NCBI GenBank assembly: GCA_040954595.2
Contig: CM082598.2
Coordinates: forward strand, 5,595,097-5,659,096
Direction: 5' to 3'
DNA length: 64,000 nucleotides
From: Balanoglossus misakiensis
Taxonomy: Eukaryota; Animalia; Hemichordata
Shown here: positions 25,266-39,700 of the stretch, one piece after another
Position numbering within the stretch: position 1 is the stretch's first letter
Layout: each line of letters starts with the position of its first letter
The notes under the pieces: model-generated
Database searches by the model: none
What the model was told of the DNA's origin: nothing
Seen by the model: only the letters and a program-made list of their open reading frames with translations
Made by a program: the position numbers and the translations under genes

Positions 25266-27647
25266 GTATGTGTACAAACATTTTTTTCGATGTCTGCAAA
25301 TTAATTCGATTTTTTTTCAACCATCAGCAAAAGACAGAGATCCATGCATGATAGACATGCACCTACGACACGTTTCATCCGATATTTGTGTCCCTTCATT
25401 GAGTGCGACTCAAGAAAAGAAAACTTGTCGGTTCCGCGTAACATTTTTTCGGAGTTATTTTGCCCAAGCACTCCCCTGCGTATATATGTGCCGAGAATAC
25501 CATCTAGAAATTGCATCGTCTCAATCAAGCAAGCAAGCAAGCAAGCAAACAAACGAAGTTTCCCTTTATACAAACATGGCCAGTTCGGAACATTGTTTTC
25601 TCGTCATGAATAAGGAATTTTTTGTTGGATTTGTTCTTAAACGCGGGAACATCATTTCGATCCCTACCCTAGTCCCAGCCGTATTCTGTCCGCTTTGCTT
25701 CCAAAACTAACGCCTAGCCTCACTCATGCCACTGGCCCCAATAAGACCCCATACCCCTTGCTGGGAATTGTGATTTTATTGGGCCAATGGCATGGGTGAG
25801 GCTAGGCGTAGTTTTGGAAGCAAAGGCGGACAAAATACGGCTAGGACTAGGCTACTTGGTCCCCTAAAACGCCCACGTCTTTTTGTACCACTGTTCCTAT
25901 TTTAAGGCCAAAGGGAAACCAAATTTTAGAGTTTCGTGTGTGCGTGCCACAGACTGCAGAACCTGTTATCAATAAGTTATGGAAATGAAATTTACATATT
26001 TGATAAACCTAAAATATTAAATGCAATTATTTAATGTATTTTTCGAGAAAGTTGTCATCCGTGTTATTAGGCAGAAACTTAATACACTTCTTTTTAACAG
26101 TTAGAAAGAAAAACTGCCCTTTCCTTACTTGGGGCTAGTGTTTTTTGTATTGGTGTGTTTCAGAAGAACCTTCTATGCAATTATACTCAAAGGCATGCGA
26201 ATAGTCGCGGATAAAGATCAAACGACGTAAGATTGCTAATTCATTTGCTCATTCGTTTTAAGCCCCGGGAATATTTTGTAGGTTGTGAAAAGTTTTACTG
26301 ATTTATTCCTGATGACACTGTTATGATGTATGTTACTATAGTTACGATGGAGAAGGCACGATAGACGTTTAAACTCTCTCACAGCCCATGGTTGGACAGG
26401 CAATTTTTTTTACTGTCACAGCATAGTTTCATATACACAAGTTCTACATGTGAATATTTTCAAAAGCTGGCAAATTTCTGTGTTTTAATCAAGGCCAGCT
26501 TTTATGTGTGTACACCTATGAACATGCCAGCACTAATATACAGGTAGTTTAAGTGTAGGATCTGTGATATGCACAGTAAACAATGACAATCATTCTAATA
26601 TTTCTTACTAGCTCTACAAAGGAGACATTACAAAAGAAAATTTTTCTGAGCGTCAATCTGCTGACCTTTCAACTCACTGCATATCATTATCAACGACACA
26701 TCGTTCACAAGTGACTTGTTGAAAAACGAAGCCAGTTTAATTTTTGTTTCTTTGTCGGGAAAACTCTAATATGCTTTAGTCAAATGATTATTTCACACTG
26801 TATTTTTGTTTACAAGTGTCAATCTTCTGAATTAGCTAGCCGAAAAAGCGTTTTTTGAATAGACAAATTAAAATTACAAGACGATCATTCATTACTGCAG
26901 TGTGCTTATTGTCTGAGCTACCATCAATTTTCCTTGTAGTCCATGTTTTTTTCTCTCTGGTCTGATTTAGTTAAAGTGCTAGTTAAGCCCTATGAGCTGG
27001 AACTTTGGGGAAATTACCATGAAATTTAGTTTGTCTCAAATCCATTGGTTTTTTTATGGTAAAGTTGGACCTCTACAGAGGGCATTGGGGGTGAAAGTGT
27101 TACAAGACCAGACGCTGTTAATTTCGATGATTTTAATTGATTTTTATTCCACATTTTGGCGTATTTCATCGCTGGTTTTGTATTCAGGAAATATCACAAG
27201 CACAATCCAAGATCTGACTGTAATATCAGCTTCTGGAAAAGGTGACCCTCCCCCCCAAGATAGGTTTGTAAAAAGTGACCCCCCCCCCAAGATAGGTTTG
27301 TAAAAGTGACCCACCCCCGAATTACCCCGGCCCACCCCTCTCGTAATTACTGAAGACTCCCTAAGCCTGCATGGGCGACGAGAGGGGCTTTGGCAGAGTC
27401 GAGATAGACGTTTTACTGGCAGCCGCTCATTTGGGCTTGTCTAAATTAAGAAATTTGTTGACCTAAAGTATGATCCAATTCTCTCAGGTATTTTTGAATA
27501 CTCTCTAATAAATATTACATCTTTTATGTGGCGTTGTACTTTTCATGCTGTTCTTTGATGTAATGTATCTATATGAGAACTGTTTGTGCAGTCATTGGGT
27601 TAACTGTTCTTCGGGTAAATCATGGACAAGAAAAACAATAATACTTT

Positions 27648-27732
<85 letters not shown>

Positions 27733-30700
27733 CCATCACCACCATCATCATAATCATCATCATCTTTTCCCGACAAAATTTCGCATTTTTAAAACTAAAA
27801 GTCGCTGTGTTTAATACTCCCCTAGACCGTATTTGTGGAGGCCTGCTCCGATGGACCTTGTAAACACGACAGTTGGTGTGTTTCGCGCCCGGATCAATTT
27901 TTGTGCACATGCCGAGCAGAAGGGGGTTTCCACGGAGATACGTGTGATGTATCAGGTAAGAATTCATCGCACACTTGGAAATAGACACAGCCCGCAAAAC
28001 TAGTTTGTCACGTGTTTTCTTCCTGTGTCGTAAAAAGTGCGGGTACAAACGAGCAATAGGTATATAGGCTGCATACCGAATACCGAGTCAGAAACACTTG
28101 ATTTTCGCGAGTTGAAATTTTCGCGATATCGAGAGAGGCCACTGTTTCGCGAGTATTAATTTTCGCGTTCTCTTATTTCATTCACTGCATCGTTATCTTC
28201 CAAAAAATATTCGCGAGTTGAAATATTCGCGATATCGAGAGAGGCCAATGTTTCGCGAGTATTAATTTTCGCGTTCTCTTATTTCATTCACTGCATCGTT
28301 ATCTCTGAAAAAAAAATTCGCGAGGTGAAATATTCGTGATATCGAGAGAGGCCACTGTTTCGCGAGTATTAATTTTCGCGTTCTCTTATTTCATTCACTG
28401 CATCGTTATCTCTGAAAAAAAATTCGCGAGTTGAAATATTCGCGATATCGAGAGAGGCCACTGTTTCGCGAGTATTAATTTTCGCGTTCTCTTATTTCAT
28501 TCACTGCATCGTTATCTTCCAAAAAAAAATTCACGAGTTAAATTTTTCGCGATATCGAGAGAGGCCACTGTTTCGCGAGTATTAATTTTCGCGTTCTCTT
28601 ATTTCATTCACTGCATCGTTATCTTCCAAAAAAAATTCGCGAGTTGAAATATTCGCGATATCGAGAGAGGCCACTGTTTCGCGAGTATTAATTTTCGCGT
28701 TCTCTTATTTCATTCACTGCATCGTTATCTTCCAAAAAAAAATTCGCGAGTTGAAATATTCGCGATATCGAGAGAGGCCACTGTTTCGCGAGTATTAATT
28801 TTCGCGTTCTCTTATTTCATTCACTGCATCGTTATCTTCCAAAAAAATTTCGCGAGTTGAAATATTCGCGATATCGAGAGAGGCCAATGTTTCGCGAGTA
28901 TTAATTTTCGCGTTCTCTTATTTCATTCACTGCATCGTAAAAATCCACGCGACTTTATATTGTCACGCTATTTTGGCTCTCGCGTTTTTCTCGAGAATTT
29001 ATTGCTCGCGAAAATAAACTATTTTACGTATGTATATGAGGATAAAGAAAGATGGGGAAATGATTAGAATACTAACACTGAAGTTGAACTTAAAACCCCT
29101 AGAAATAAAATCAATAAAGATTATTTCAAGACATCGTTTCTGACGGTGAGAAATATTAATGACTGTTTAAAGCGCGTAGCTCGTCTCACGCGCATGTGCG
29201 TAACTTCCCAGCAAATTTTCCGTTCGATGCATTCAAATAGTGGACTGCCTTCGCTTCCTTCTATATTTCATGCGCACCGTAAAAGTAGATTCTGGTTTTG
29301 TCCCTCCTTTTCACCCAAGCTAGTGTCTTTTCCCGATCTCCGACACATCTAAAGTGAGCACTGCCATATGGGATTAACTGTTCACTAAACATCTGTAACC
29401 AGCGGCTACAGCTGGAACATGCGTGTGAGACGAGCTAGGCGCTTTAAGTTGGTTTAAATGTTAAAACATTTATCCGTTGTACAGTGAAAGACCCACCGAA
29501 GTGGGGTACGTGGGCATCTTGGACAGATTGTACAGTTTCCTGTGGTGTTGGATACCAGAAAAAGCACCGAGAATGCTTGGAATCGTCGACTGAAGTGGAT
29601 GCTCGACGTTGTGAGGGACGCGCCAACAATTACCGGAAGTGCAACCTCCATCCCTGTCCAAGTAAAAAGCTTGCAGAGAAGAAGAAGAAACAATCCAATG
29701 CGTTCAGAAAGAAAGTCGGTAGGAAATCTAAACTTGACTTAAATAGGTTTTAAGCCACCTAAGTGAGTGATGAAAATCTCAAATGGTCGACACAATTTCA
29801 AGATGGCCGATTTTTACCATGTTGAAGGAATAGGAGTTCATAAGCTAAAGTGATGATGGGTCATTCTGAAACTTTGTAACAGAAAAAATAACAAAATGTG
29901 AAAAAAGTTTAATGAGTTTAATATGCTCACTGCAAAGACAGACATGTTTGACCAAAGGAAATCATGAAATACAGTAAACATATCATTTCTTCTATCTCTT
30001 ACTACAGTGGGTTGTCGACTTTTCGACCAGAATGCAATGTGATTTGACCCCCTAGCGCAAAGTGTAAACCTATTTAAGGCAGCCAGTTCTTTGTGTCATC
30101 CGGGGAATTCCCTGTTTGAAATTCTACAATTTATTGTTTGCATTTTCTACCTCCATGCCTAATACAGTCGTGCCAAACACTCGCACAGACAGCCCGTCAT
30201 GTAACCATCTTTTTTTTAAATACTCGTATTTATATATAGTCCCTATAAGACTGTGGGGATCAGAGAAGATGGGCGAAGGTTATGTTGAAGTTTTTGTGGC
30301 TCCTGTTGGACGTTGGGGGCCAATCAGAAGAGACACGTGGGATTTGAACGCAGCGCATGTTGCCTGTCGTCAATTGGGGTTTTCTGCAGCGATGTCAGGT
30401 AAGGCCAGAAGTGTACAATGTTTGGAAAACACACAAGTCTGTTTGGCGCACACTCCAGACATATGCGTCCTTCATTAAGGTACATGGGCTGCAACTGGAT
30501 AAAAAAAATTTAAAAAAATAATCTCATATATGCTTTAATTATGTCCATTAAATGATATTTCATGATAATATATCAAGCTCAACACTTATTTATGACAAAA
30601 TGGCCAAAAATTATGAAAATTCCAGCAATTTTTAAAAAAGTGCAATATTGCAATGAAAAAAGGAAAATATAATGTCTCAGCGGTGTACATTTACTTCCGT

Positions 30701-33700
30701 GGGCTCAAGTGGATGAGATCATGTCTGGTTTATGAAGTTTCATGACCGTAAATGCAACATTTTCATTGTTTCTTGCATTTTCCCACGGTGGCGGCCATAT
30801 TCGCTTGCGGCAAAGCTTTATTATTTATCTGGTTAAAACATGCATATGCACTCATATTTAGGGTTTATAATGCTTGTGTTTAGTTCACTGCCTTCATCTG
30901 CATGGACTAATGGTAGTGCAGTTTGAAACAAAAATTATGATAATTATCCCCAAAGTTGCAGCTTGTGTGCGTTTAAAGCCCCAAGAGCTGCCAAATTTCA
31001 CGTATTTTTTCCCATAATAAAACACTTCGAATCTATTCCCGATTCTTTAAAATCACCATTAAACCATATTACTTGTATTTGTAAGTGGCAGCCATTGAGG
31101 CTTTAATATTTATTTTCTCCAAAAGTGTCGTCGACAGCATCGGGGGAATATCAGTATGATGCCAGTTGGAATTCAGTTGTTAGTGACGTCAAATGTCAAG
31201 GACATGAGAAATTACTGACATTGTGTCAACATTTTGAGTGGGACAAATTATCGGCAACGGTGCAATCTCAGGATGTTGCGAGTGCTACCTGTGTTGTTGG
31301 TGAGTTTGATTGAGACATCATCGTGTTTTGTTTGTTTGTTTGTTTGTTTGTTTTTGCCTCACTCTTGTACTTGATATACAAGTTCATTCTGGTCACAAGT
31401 GGCACACATATCATTAAACAACTACGTTTCTTATTGGAGCATGAACAAAACTGAGACCAGGTAAATGGCGACGATGATTAGAAACAAAATGTATTATTAT
31501 TATTATTATTTGTCAAACACACATGCATTTTGCTGTTTGCTGATACACTATACTCACTCAATCATCCACTCACTTCACTCCACTGACTGACTGACTGACT
31601 CACTCACTCACCCACCCTCTAACACACACACACCACTTACTCCACTTCACTGACTGACTGATCCATCCATCCATCCATCCATCCATCCATCCATCCATCC
31701 ATCCACTCATTCACTCACTGACTCACTCACCCACTAACACACACACCACTTACCCCACTTCACTGACTGACTGACTCATCCATCCAACCACTCACTCACT
31801 GACTCACTCACCCACTAACACACACACCACTTACCCCACTTCACTGACTGACTGACTGACTCATCCATCCATCCATCCACTCACTCACCCACTAACACAC
31901 ACACCACTTACCCCACTTCACTGACTGACTGACTGACTCATCCATCCATCCATCCATCCATCCACTCATTCACTCACTGACTCACTCACCCACTAACACA
32001 CACACCACTTACTCCACTTCACTGACTGACTGACTGACTCATCCATCCACTCACTGACTCACCCACCCACTAACACACACACCACTTACTCCACTTCACT
32101 GACTGACTGACTGACTCATCCATCCACTCACTGACTCACCCACCCACTAACACACACACCACTTACTCCACTTCACTGACTGACTGACTCATCCATCCAT
32201 CCACTCATTCACTCACTGACTCACTCCTATTGTAGATGGTGGTTGGGGGAAATGGGGCGGATGGAATTCGTGCTCAGTATCATGTGGAGAAGGAGTACGT
32301 GTAAGGACGCGACAGTGTGACTACCCACTACCCGCTAATACTGGAAAAGAATGTAACCATAGCAACAGCGTGGAGACGAGACCGTGCCGGAAGATAGCAC
32401 CCTGTGGTGAGTATAAAGCCATTTCTTCCAAAACAGGTTGACGGAAAACTGCATGCAACACATACCAGGTTCAGACAGGGAAAAATTTGAGACACTATTT
32501 GCCAATGGTAAACACAGAGCATTAATCCTTTGAGTATCATTGTGTCCACACACACACAGTTTATGTATAGGCGCTGAGGCTCGGGCCTCATAGACAACAG
32601 GTTGCGGAGAGGTGTTAATCCTTACACCGGCTCAGGTCTGGCCGGCAAAGCCGTCTCAAATCTGAGACGTTTCAGGACCACTTGCACCGTCCACATATAA
32701 GAATTTACGCCAGTATTTGATCTGAGACGGTTCAGAAACGTCTTAATGGTCCTGTGTGAAACCCATATAAGGTTATACAAATGTTATAAGGAACTAAAAC
32801 CAAACAAACAGAGGAACATCTTTTGAAACAGATGTACCATTGATAATTAAAATTTCTGTTCGTATTGTGTTAATTAAGCACGCCAGTGGTTTAACTTGTC
32901 GATGTAATTTACATGATCAAACAGCCCGATTCTCGAAATGTAGTAATTTGTTGTTGAAATTTCGCAGATTGCGCCGAGTTGAATATTCCTCATGGGGAAG
33001 TCTTCGGAAACAAGAAGGGTCATCTGTCGGTCGTGCAAATTCAATGTTTCTCTGGCTACGCGGCCAACGTGAGCGAATTGACATGTGTGAATGGAGAATG
33101 GAGTGACACAGATCCATGTAAAGGTGACAGACTTTCGGTTGTTTACAGATGAGGACTTAGTAGTCTGCTCAATCTCTGCACGACTGGATGAACATAAACA
33201 AAAAACTCTTCATCGACATAAATACATACATTTGTATATAAACAAACATTCATATAGGCCTATAGTAAACATAAACATAAACACAAACGGAGATAGAAAC
33301 GAACAAACAAGCTAACTTGTTTCAGCGATAAACAGTGAATATTAATCTTTCACATTTATTATCATTCTTCTATGAGTAAAAAATCATCTTAAGAATATTG
33401 TCGTTTTTAACACTAACAGATGTTCTTAAGAATATTGTCGTTTTTAACACTAACAGATGTTGACGAGTGTGCAGATCCTGGCCGTAACAATTGCACACAG
33501 AAGTGTATCAACACAGGCGGGTCTTATGAATGTGAATGCAGCGCGGGTATGGCGTATTTTCAAGAGCGGTGTTACTACCGACCTGAATTGTTAGTGTCCA
33601 AATTCGATATTGCCGAATCTATTTGCCAAGACTGGGTCGGCGAGTTACACCTGGTCAAAATTGAGACATTGGCTGAGTTCCGCTTCCTGCAAGAGCTAGC

Positions 33701-36700
33701 CGGCAATGAACATTCATTTATTGGATTACGCGATGTAAAGGTAAGTTGATGACTGAGGAATCACAGTGGATTTCCTCCGAAACATACGCGGGCAATGCCG
33801 TACGTTACTTAGAGAGGATCATTATAAAATAAAGTTAGGCCAGGAAGAAAAAACAAATTGTTCATAGGAATCGCTCTTCTACTTTGGCTGATTTGGATTT
33901 TTTTTTGATCTCGGCAAATTCACACTCCCAAGGACCTGGGATCATATTTCTCACACGAGTGGGGGATTTTCTGTCCCACACGAGCCACAGGCAGGTGTGG
34001 GACAGAATATCCCTGACAAGTGTGAGAAATATGATCCCAGGTCCTTGGTGTGTGAGGTTACATTTCTCACATGGCCACAAATTAGCCAAATTCGTTAAAA
34101 AACATTGAATAAATTAAAGCTGCAAGCAGCGTTGGCGGGGCACAAGCGGTTCCCATGGTAACCAGCAAATGCCAAGGCTGTATCTGTTGTGGATACCAAG
34201 ATATCGGAAAGTAGGTCAAAGGTCACCTGAGGTCACCCCAAATTTGGGCAAAAATTCTGACGCCATACTAGTCCAGGTCCAACAAAAACCAGACCCCTAG
34301 CTTTATTGGTTCGCCTAGAATTAGGTATGCGCATAATTAATGAGGTATTTTGTAAGACTCCATATGTGTTCCATCGGCCCCCCAAAAGCCAGGACTCTAA
34401 CTGCTGTGGATGCTGAGATATGGGAAAGTAGATCAAAGGTCATCCAAGGTCACCCAAAATTTGGGCATAAAATTTTGACCCCAGGGTGGGCCATGTCCAA
34501 CTTAAACCAGACATCTAGCCCTATTGGTTAGCCTGGAATTAGATATGCAGAAATATAATGTTTCAGAAATAGGTCAAGGGTCATTGCCAAAATTACCAAA
34601 ATATTTGTGTCATATCCTGGCAGCATTGGTACCCATGTCCACAAAATTCATGACTGTGGTGCTTTGACAAGAGGAGGTATGGGGAATATGCATATATAAT
34701 TAGTTGTTTTAAAACTGGGTCAAAGGTCATGTGAAAATTGCCCTGAAAAATGGTGACAACTTCCGGTCATATGATGACTCATATCCAAAAAAAGAATTTC
34801 CATGCTGTCAACATTTTGGCTACAAAACGGAATTATCACTTTTCAATGGTTTTCCGAAAATCCAACATGGCCGCCATAATGACCGACCAATCACAGTGCG
34901 CTTCGCAAACTTGATAGACATAGGTTAGGTGACCACATTCCCTGAATCCCGTGACTCGTCAATCGCTGGTTCTGGAGAAGAAGATTTTTAAAGTTTTAAG
35001 TAGTTTTTCAGAAAAACAATTGTAGCAAAAAAACTTTATGTGTGACGTCATGATTTCAATGGGGTAAAATGATGGACAGAAGGTAGGCTACCTGCGCACC
35101 AAATTTGAACTCGATCGGCCCAGCAGTTTTTGAGAAGGACTCGTTTAACGATTTTCAGAAAATCCAATATGGCCGCCAGGTCACGTGACTAATTAAATAT
35201 TCACGAGCCACTGCACGTCTACTCATTGGCCCCTATTACCCTACCAAGTTTCAGCCCCCTAGGTGCAGCGGTTTTCCAGATCTACCTGGCCGAATTTCTC
35301 GGAAGAAGAAGAATAATAATAAAGAAGAATTAAAGCTGCAAGCAGCGTTGGCGGGGCACAAGCGGTTCCCATGGTGACCAGCAAATGCCACGGCTGTATC
35401 TGCTGGGGATACCAAGATATGGGAAAGTAGGTCAAAGGTCACCTGAGGTCACCCCAAATTTGGGCAAAAAAATTGGACCCCATACTAGTCTAGATCCAAA
35501 AAAAAACCAGACCCCTAGCCCTATTGGTTCGCCTGCAATTAGGTATGCACATAATTAATGAGGTCTTGTGTAAGACTCCATTATGTGCTCAATACCCATA
35601 CAAGCCAGGGCTCTAACTGCTCTGGAGGCTGAAATATGGGAAAGTAGATCAAAGGTCACCCAAGGTCACCCAAAATTAGGGCATAAAATTTTGACCCCAG
35701 ACTGGGCCATGTCCAACCAATACCAGACCTCTTGCCCTATTGGGTAGCATGGAATTAGATATGCAGAAAAATGATGTTTCAGAAATAGGTCAAAGGTCAT
35801 TGCCAAAATTACCAAAATATTTGTGTCATGTCCTGGCAGCATTGGTACCCATGTCTACAAAATTCATGACTGTGGTGCTTTTACAAGAGGAGGTATGGGG
35901 AATATGCATATATAATTAGTTGTTTTAAAACTGGGTCAAAGGTCATGTGAAAATTGCCCCGAAAAATTGTGACAACTTCCGGTCATATGATGACTCATAT
36001 CCAAAAATAGAATTTCCGTGCTGTCAATATTTTGGCTATAAAACGGAATTTTCATTTTTCAATGGTTTTCCGAAAATCCAACATGGCCGCCATAATGATC
36101 GACCAATCACAGTGCGCTTCGCAAACTTGATAGACATAGGTTAGGTGACCACATGCCCCAAATCCCGTGACTCGGCAATCGCTGGTTCTGGAGAAGAAGA
36201 TTTTTAAAGTTTTAAGTAGTTTTTCAGAAAAACAATTGTAGCAAAAAAACTTTATGTGTGACGTCATGATTTCAATGGGGTAAAATGATGGACAGAAGGT
36301 AGGCTACCTGCACACCAAATTTGAACTCGATCGGCCCAGTAGTTTTTGAGAAGGACTCGTTTAACGATTTTCAGGAAATCCAATATGGCCGCCAGGTCAC
36401 GTGACTAATTAAATATTCACGAGCCACTGCACGTCTACTCATTGGCCCCTATCACCCTACCAAGTTTCAGCCCCCTAGGTGCTGCGGTTTTCCAGATCTA
36501 CCTGGCCGAATTTCTCGGAAGAAGAAGAATAATAATAATAATTAAAGCTGCGAGCAGCATTGTCGGGCCCAAGCGCTGATCTTGAATTATATATGCACAG
36601 TATGAATGAGAAGAAACAGAATTTTCTATCGGATGTATTATATCTTGACATAACAAGGATGTGTGTATTTTTGCTGCTTAAATAGGGTGAAGTAGGTCAA

Positions 36701-39700
36701 AGGTCACCTGAGGTCACCCAACATTTGGGCAATTTTTTTTTACCCATACTGGTCCATGTCCAACAAAAACCAAAACTCTAGCTCTATTGGTTCACCTGTA
36801 ATTAGGTATGTGCATATTTAATGAGGTCAACAGGTGTCACAGGTGACCCAAAAATTTGGCTTTACATTTTGGTCCCATCCTACCAAATGCCATGGCTGTA
36901 TCTGCTCTGGATGCTGAGATATGCGAAAGTAGGTCAAAGGTCACCAGAGGTCACCAATAATTTGGGCAAAAAATGTTGATCCCATACTGGTCCATGTCCA
37001 ACAAAAACAAAACCTCTAGCTCTATTGGTTCGCCTGTAATTAGCTATGTACATAATTAATGAGGTCAGCTGAGGTCAAAGGGGTCATGAAAAGTAGCAAA
37101 ATATTTTGATCACACACTAATCCACATTCATCAAAAACCAAACGTCTAGCCATATAGGTTAGCCTGGAATTAGATATGCAGAAATAATACCGCGTGATAA
37201 GTAGGTCAAAGGTCATGTGAAAAATCGCCAAAAAATTGTAACCTATTTTAGTCACATGACGATTGATATCCATAAAAAGAATTTGTATGCTATCAATTTT
37301 TAGACTAGAAAAAGGAATTTCAAATTTTCACTGCTTTTTACAAAATCCAATATGGCCGCCATAATCTTCGACCAATCACAATGCTCTTTGCAAACTTGAT
37401 AGACATCCGTGTAGTGACCATACTCCCCGAATCTTGCAACTCAGTTATCGCCCGCTCTGGAGAAGAAGATTTTTGGAGTTTAACTATGGTTTTTCGAAAA
37501 TCAAATATGGCCGCCATAATCTTCGACCAATCACAATGATCTTCGCAAACTTGATAGACATCAGTTAGGTGACCACATACCCCAAACCCCGTGTCTCGGT
37601 TATCACCGGTTCTGGAGTAGAAGATTTTTGAAATTTAAGCCAGATTTCAGAAAAAAAATTGTAGCAAAAAAACTGCAACATTGACAGCAAAATTTCCAAT
37701 TACAAAAATGATGGGTAGAAGGTAGTCTACCTGCATGCCAAATTTGAAGTCGATCTGACTTGTAGTTTCTGAGATCTGAGATTTGATTTTTTTCAGAAAA
37801 TCCAAGATGGCCGCCAGGTCACATGACTAATTAAGTATTCACAAGTCACTGCACATCTACTCATAGACCTTGACCACTGTAGCAAGTTTGAGCAGTGTAC
37901 CTGCAGTAGTTTCAGAGATTTAGTTGGCCGAAGAATTGACACAAGAAAAAAGAAAGAAAGAATTAAAGCTGCAAGCAGCATTGTCCGGGCCCAAGCTCTA
38001 TTATCTGATCAGATTATTAGATATGCACATCATTAATGAGTAGAACCATAATGCTGTGTTTTATCCCATGAAATATCAAGGTTATATCTATGTTTGGTGT
38101 TGATATAGTGTTAAGTAGGTCAAAGGTCACCCAGAGGTCACCCACAATTTGGGCAGAAAATTTTGACCCATAGTGGTCCATGTCCAACAAAAACCATACC
38201 TCCAAACGTCAAGGCTGTATCTGTTGTGGATGTCGATATATGCAAAAGTAGGTCAAAGGTCACCCGAGGTCACCCAACATTTGGGCAAAATATTTTGTCC
38301 CCATACTGGTCCATGTATAACAAAAACAAAACCTCTAGGTCTATTAGTTCATCATCAATTAGGTATGCGCATATTTAATGAGGTCACCAGAGGTCATGAA
38401 AAGTAGCAAAATTTTTTTATCACATACAAATCCACATACATCAAAAACCAAACTTATAGCCCTATTGGTTAGCCTGGAATTAGATATGCAGAAAAATGAT
38501 GCGTCAAAAGTAGGTCAAAGGTCATTGCCAAAATTACCAAAATATTTATAGCTTATTCTTGTCATATGATGATTCATATCCATAAAAAGAATTTCTGTGC
38601 TATCAATTTTAAGGCTAGAAAAGGAATTTTTACTTTTTAATCGTTTTTCACAAAATCCAATATGGCCGCCATAATCTTCGACCAATCACATTCCCCTTCG
38701 CAAACTTGATAGACATCTGTTTAATGACCACACACACCAAATCTTGTGACTCGGTTATCGCCCGTTCTTGAGAAGAAGATTTTTGAAATTTTACAATGGT
38801 TTTTAGAAAATCCAATATGGCCGCCATAATCTTCGACCAATCACAATGATCTTCGCAAACTTGATAGACATCAGTTAGGTGACCACATACCCCAAACCGC
38901 GTGACTCAGTTATCACCGGTTCTGGAGAAGAAGATTTTTGAAAATTAAGCCAGATTTCAGAAAAAAAATTGTAGCAAAAAAACTGCAACATTTACAGCAA
39001 AATATCCAATTACAAAAATGATGGGTAGAAGGTAGACTACCTGCACACCAAATTTGAAGTCGATCTGACTTGTAGTTTCTGAGATCTGAGATTTGCATTT
39101 TTTCAGAAAATCCAATATGGCCGCCAGGTCACGTGACTAATTAAAAATTCAAGGGTTCAATGCATGACTACTCATTGACCTTGACCACTGTAGCAAGTTT
39201 CAGAAGTGTACCTGCAGCGGTGTCTGAGATCTAGAGCGACAAAGAATTGACAGAAGAATAAAGAAAGAAAGAAAGAAAGAAAGAAAAACCCCAACGAAAC
39301 CAATAGGGCCCAAGCGCTGGTATGCGCTTGGGCCCTAAAGAAAGAAAGAAAAACCCCAACGAAACCAATAGGGCCCAAGCGCTTGCTTGCGCTTGGGCCC
39401 TAATAATAAAGAAGAAATATTCCAACAATACCAATAGGGGCACAAGCCCGATAGGCTTGTGCCCCTAATTAAAGCTGCAAGCAGCGTTGGGGGGGCACAA
39501 GCGGTTCCCATGGTGACCAGCAAATTCCACGGCTGTATCTGCTGGGGATACCGAGACATGGGAAAGTAGGTCAAAGGTCACCTGAGGTCACCCCAAATTT
39601 GGGCAAAAAAATTGGACCCCATACTAGTCTAGATCCAACAAAAAACCAGACCCCTAGCCCTATTGGTTTGCCTGCAATTAGGTATGCACATAATTAATGA

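Noticed and set aside
27545-28048. Poly-His and poly-Met ORFs
   Set aside because: (CAT)n microsatellite in an intron; the real exon is 27826-27955.
39285-39467. CRISPR-like short palindromic repeats (also 45210-45435 and the 28.1-kb array)
   Set aside because: No unique spacers, no cas genes and a eukaryotic context; explained as stacked transposon caps and a MITE-derived satellite.
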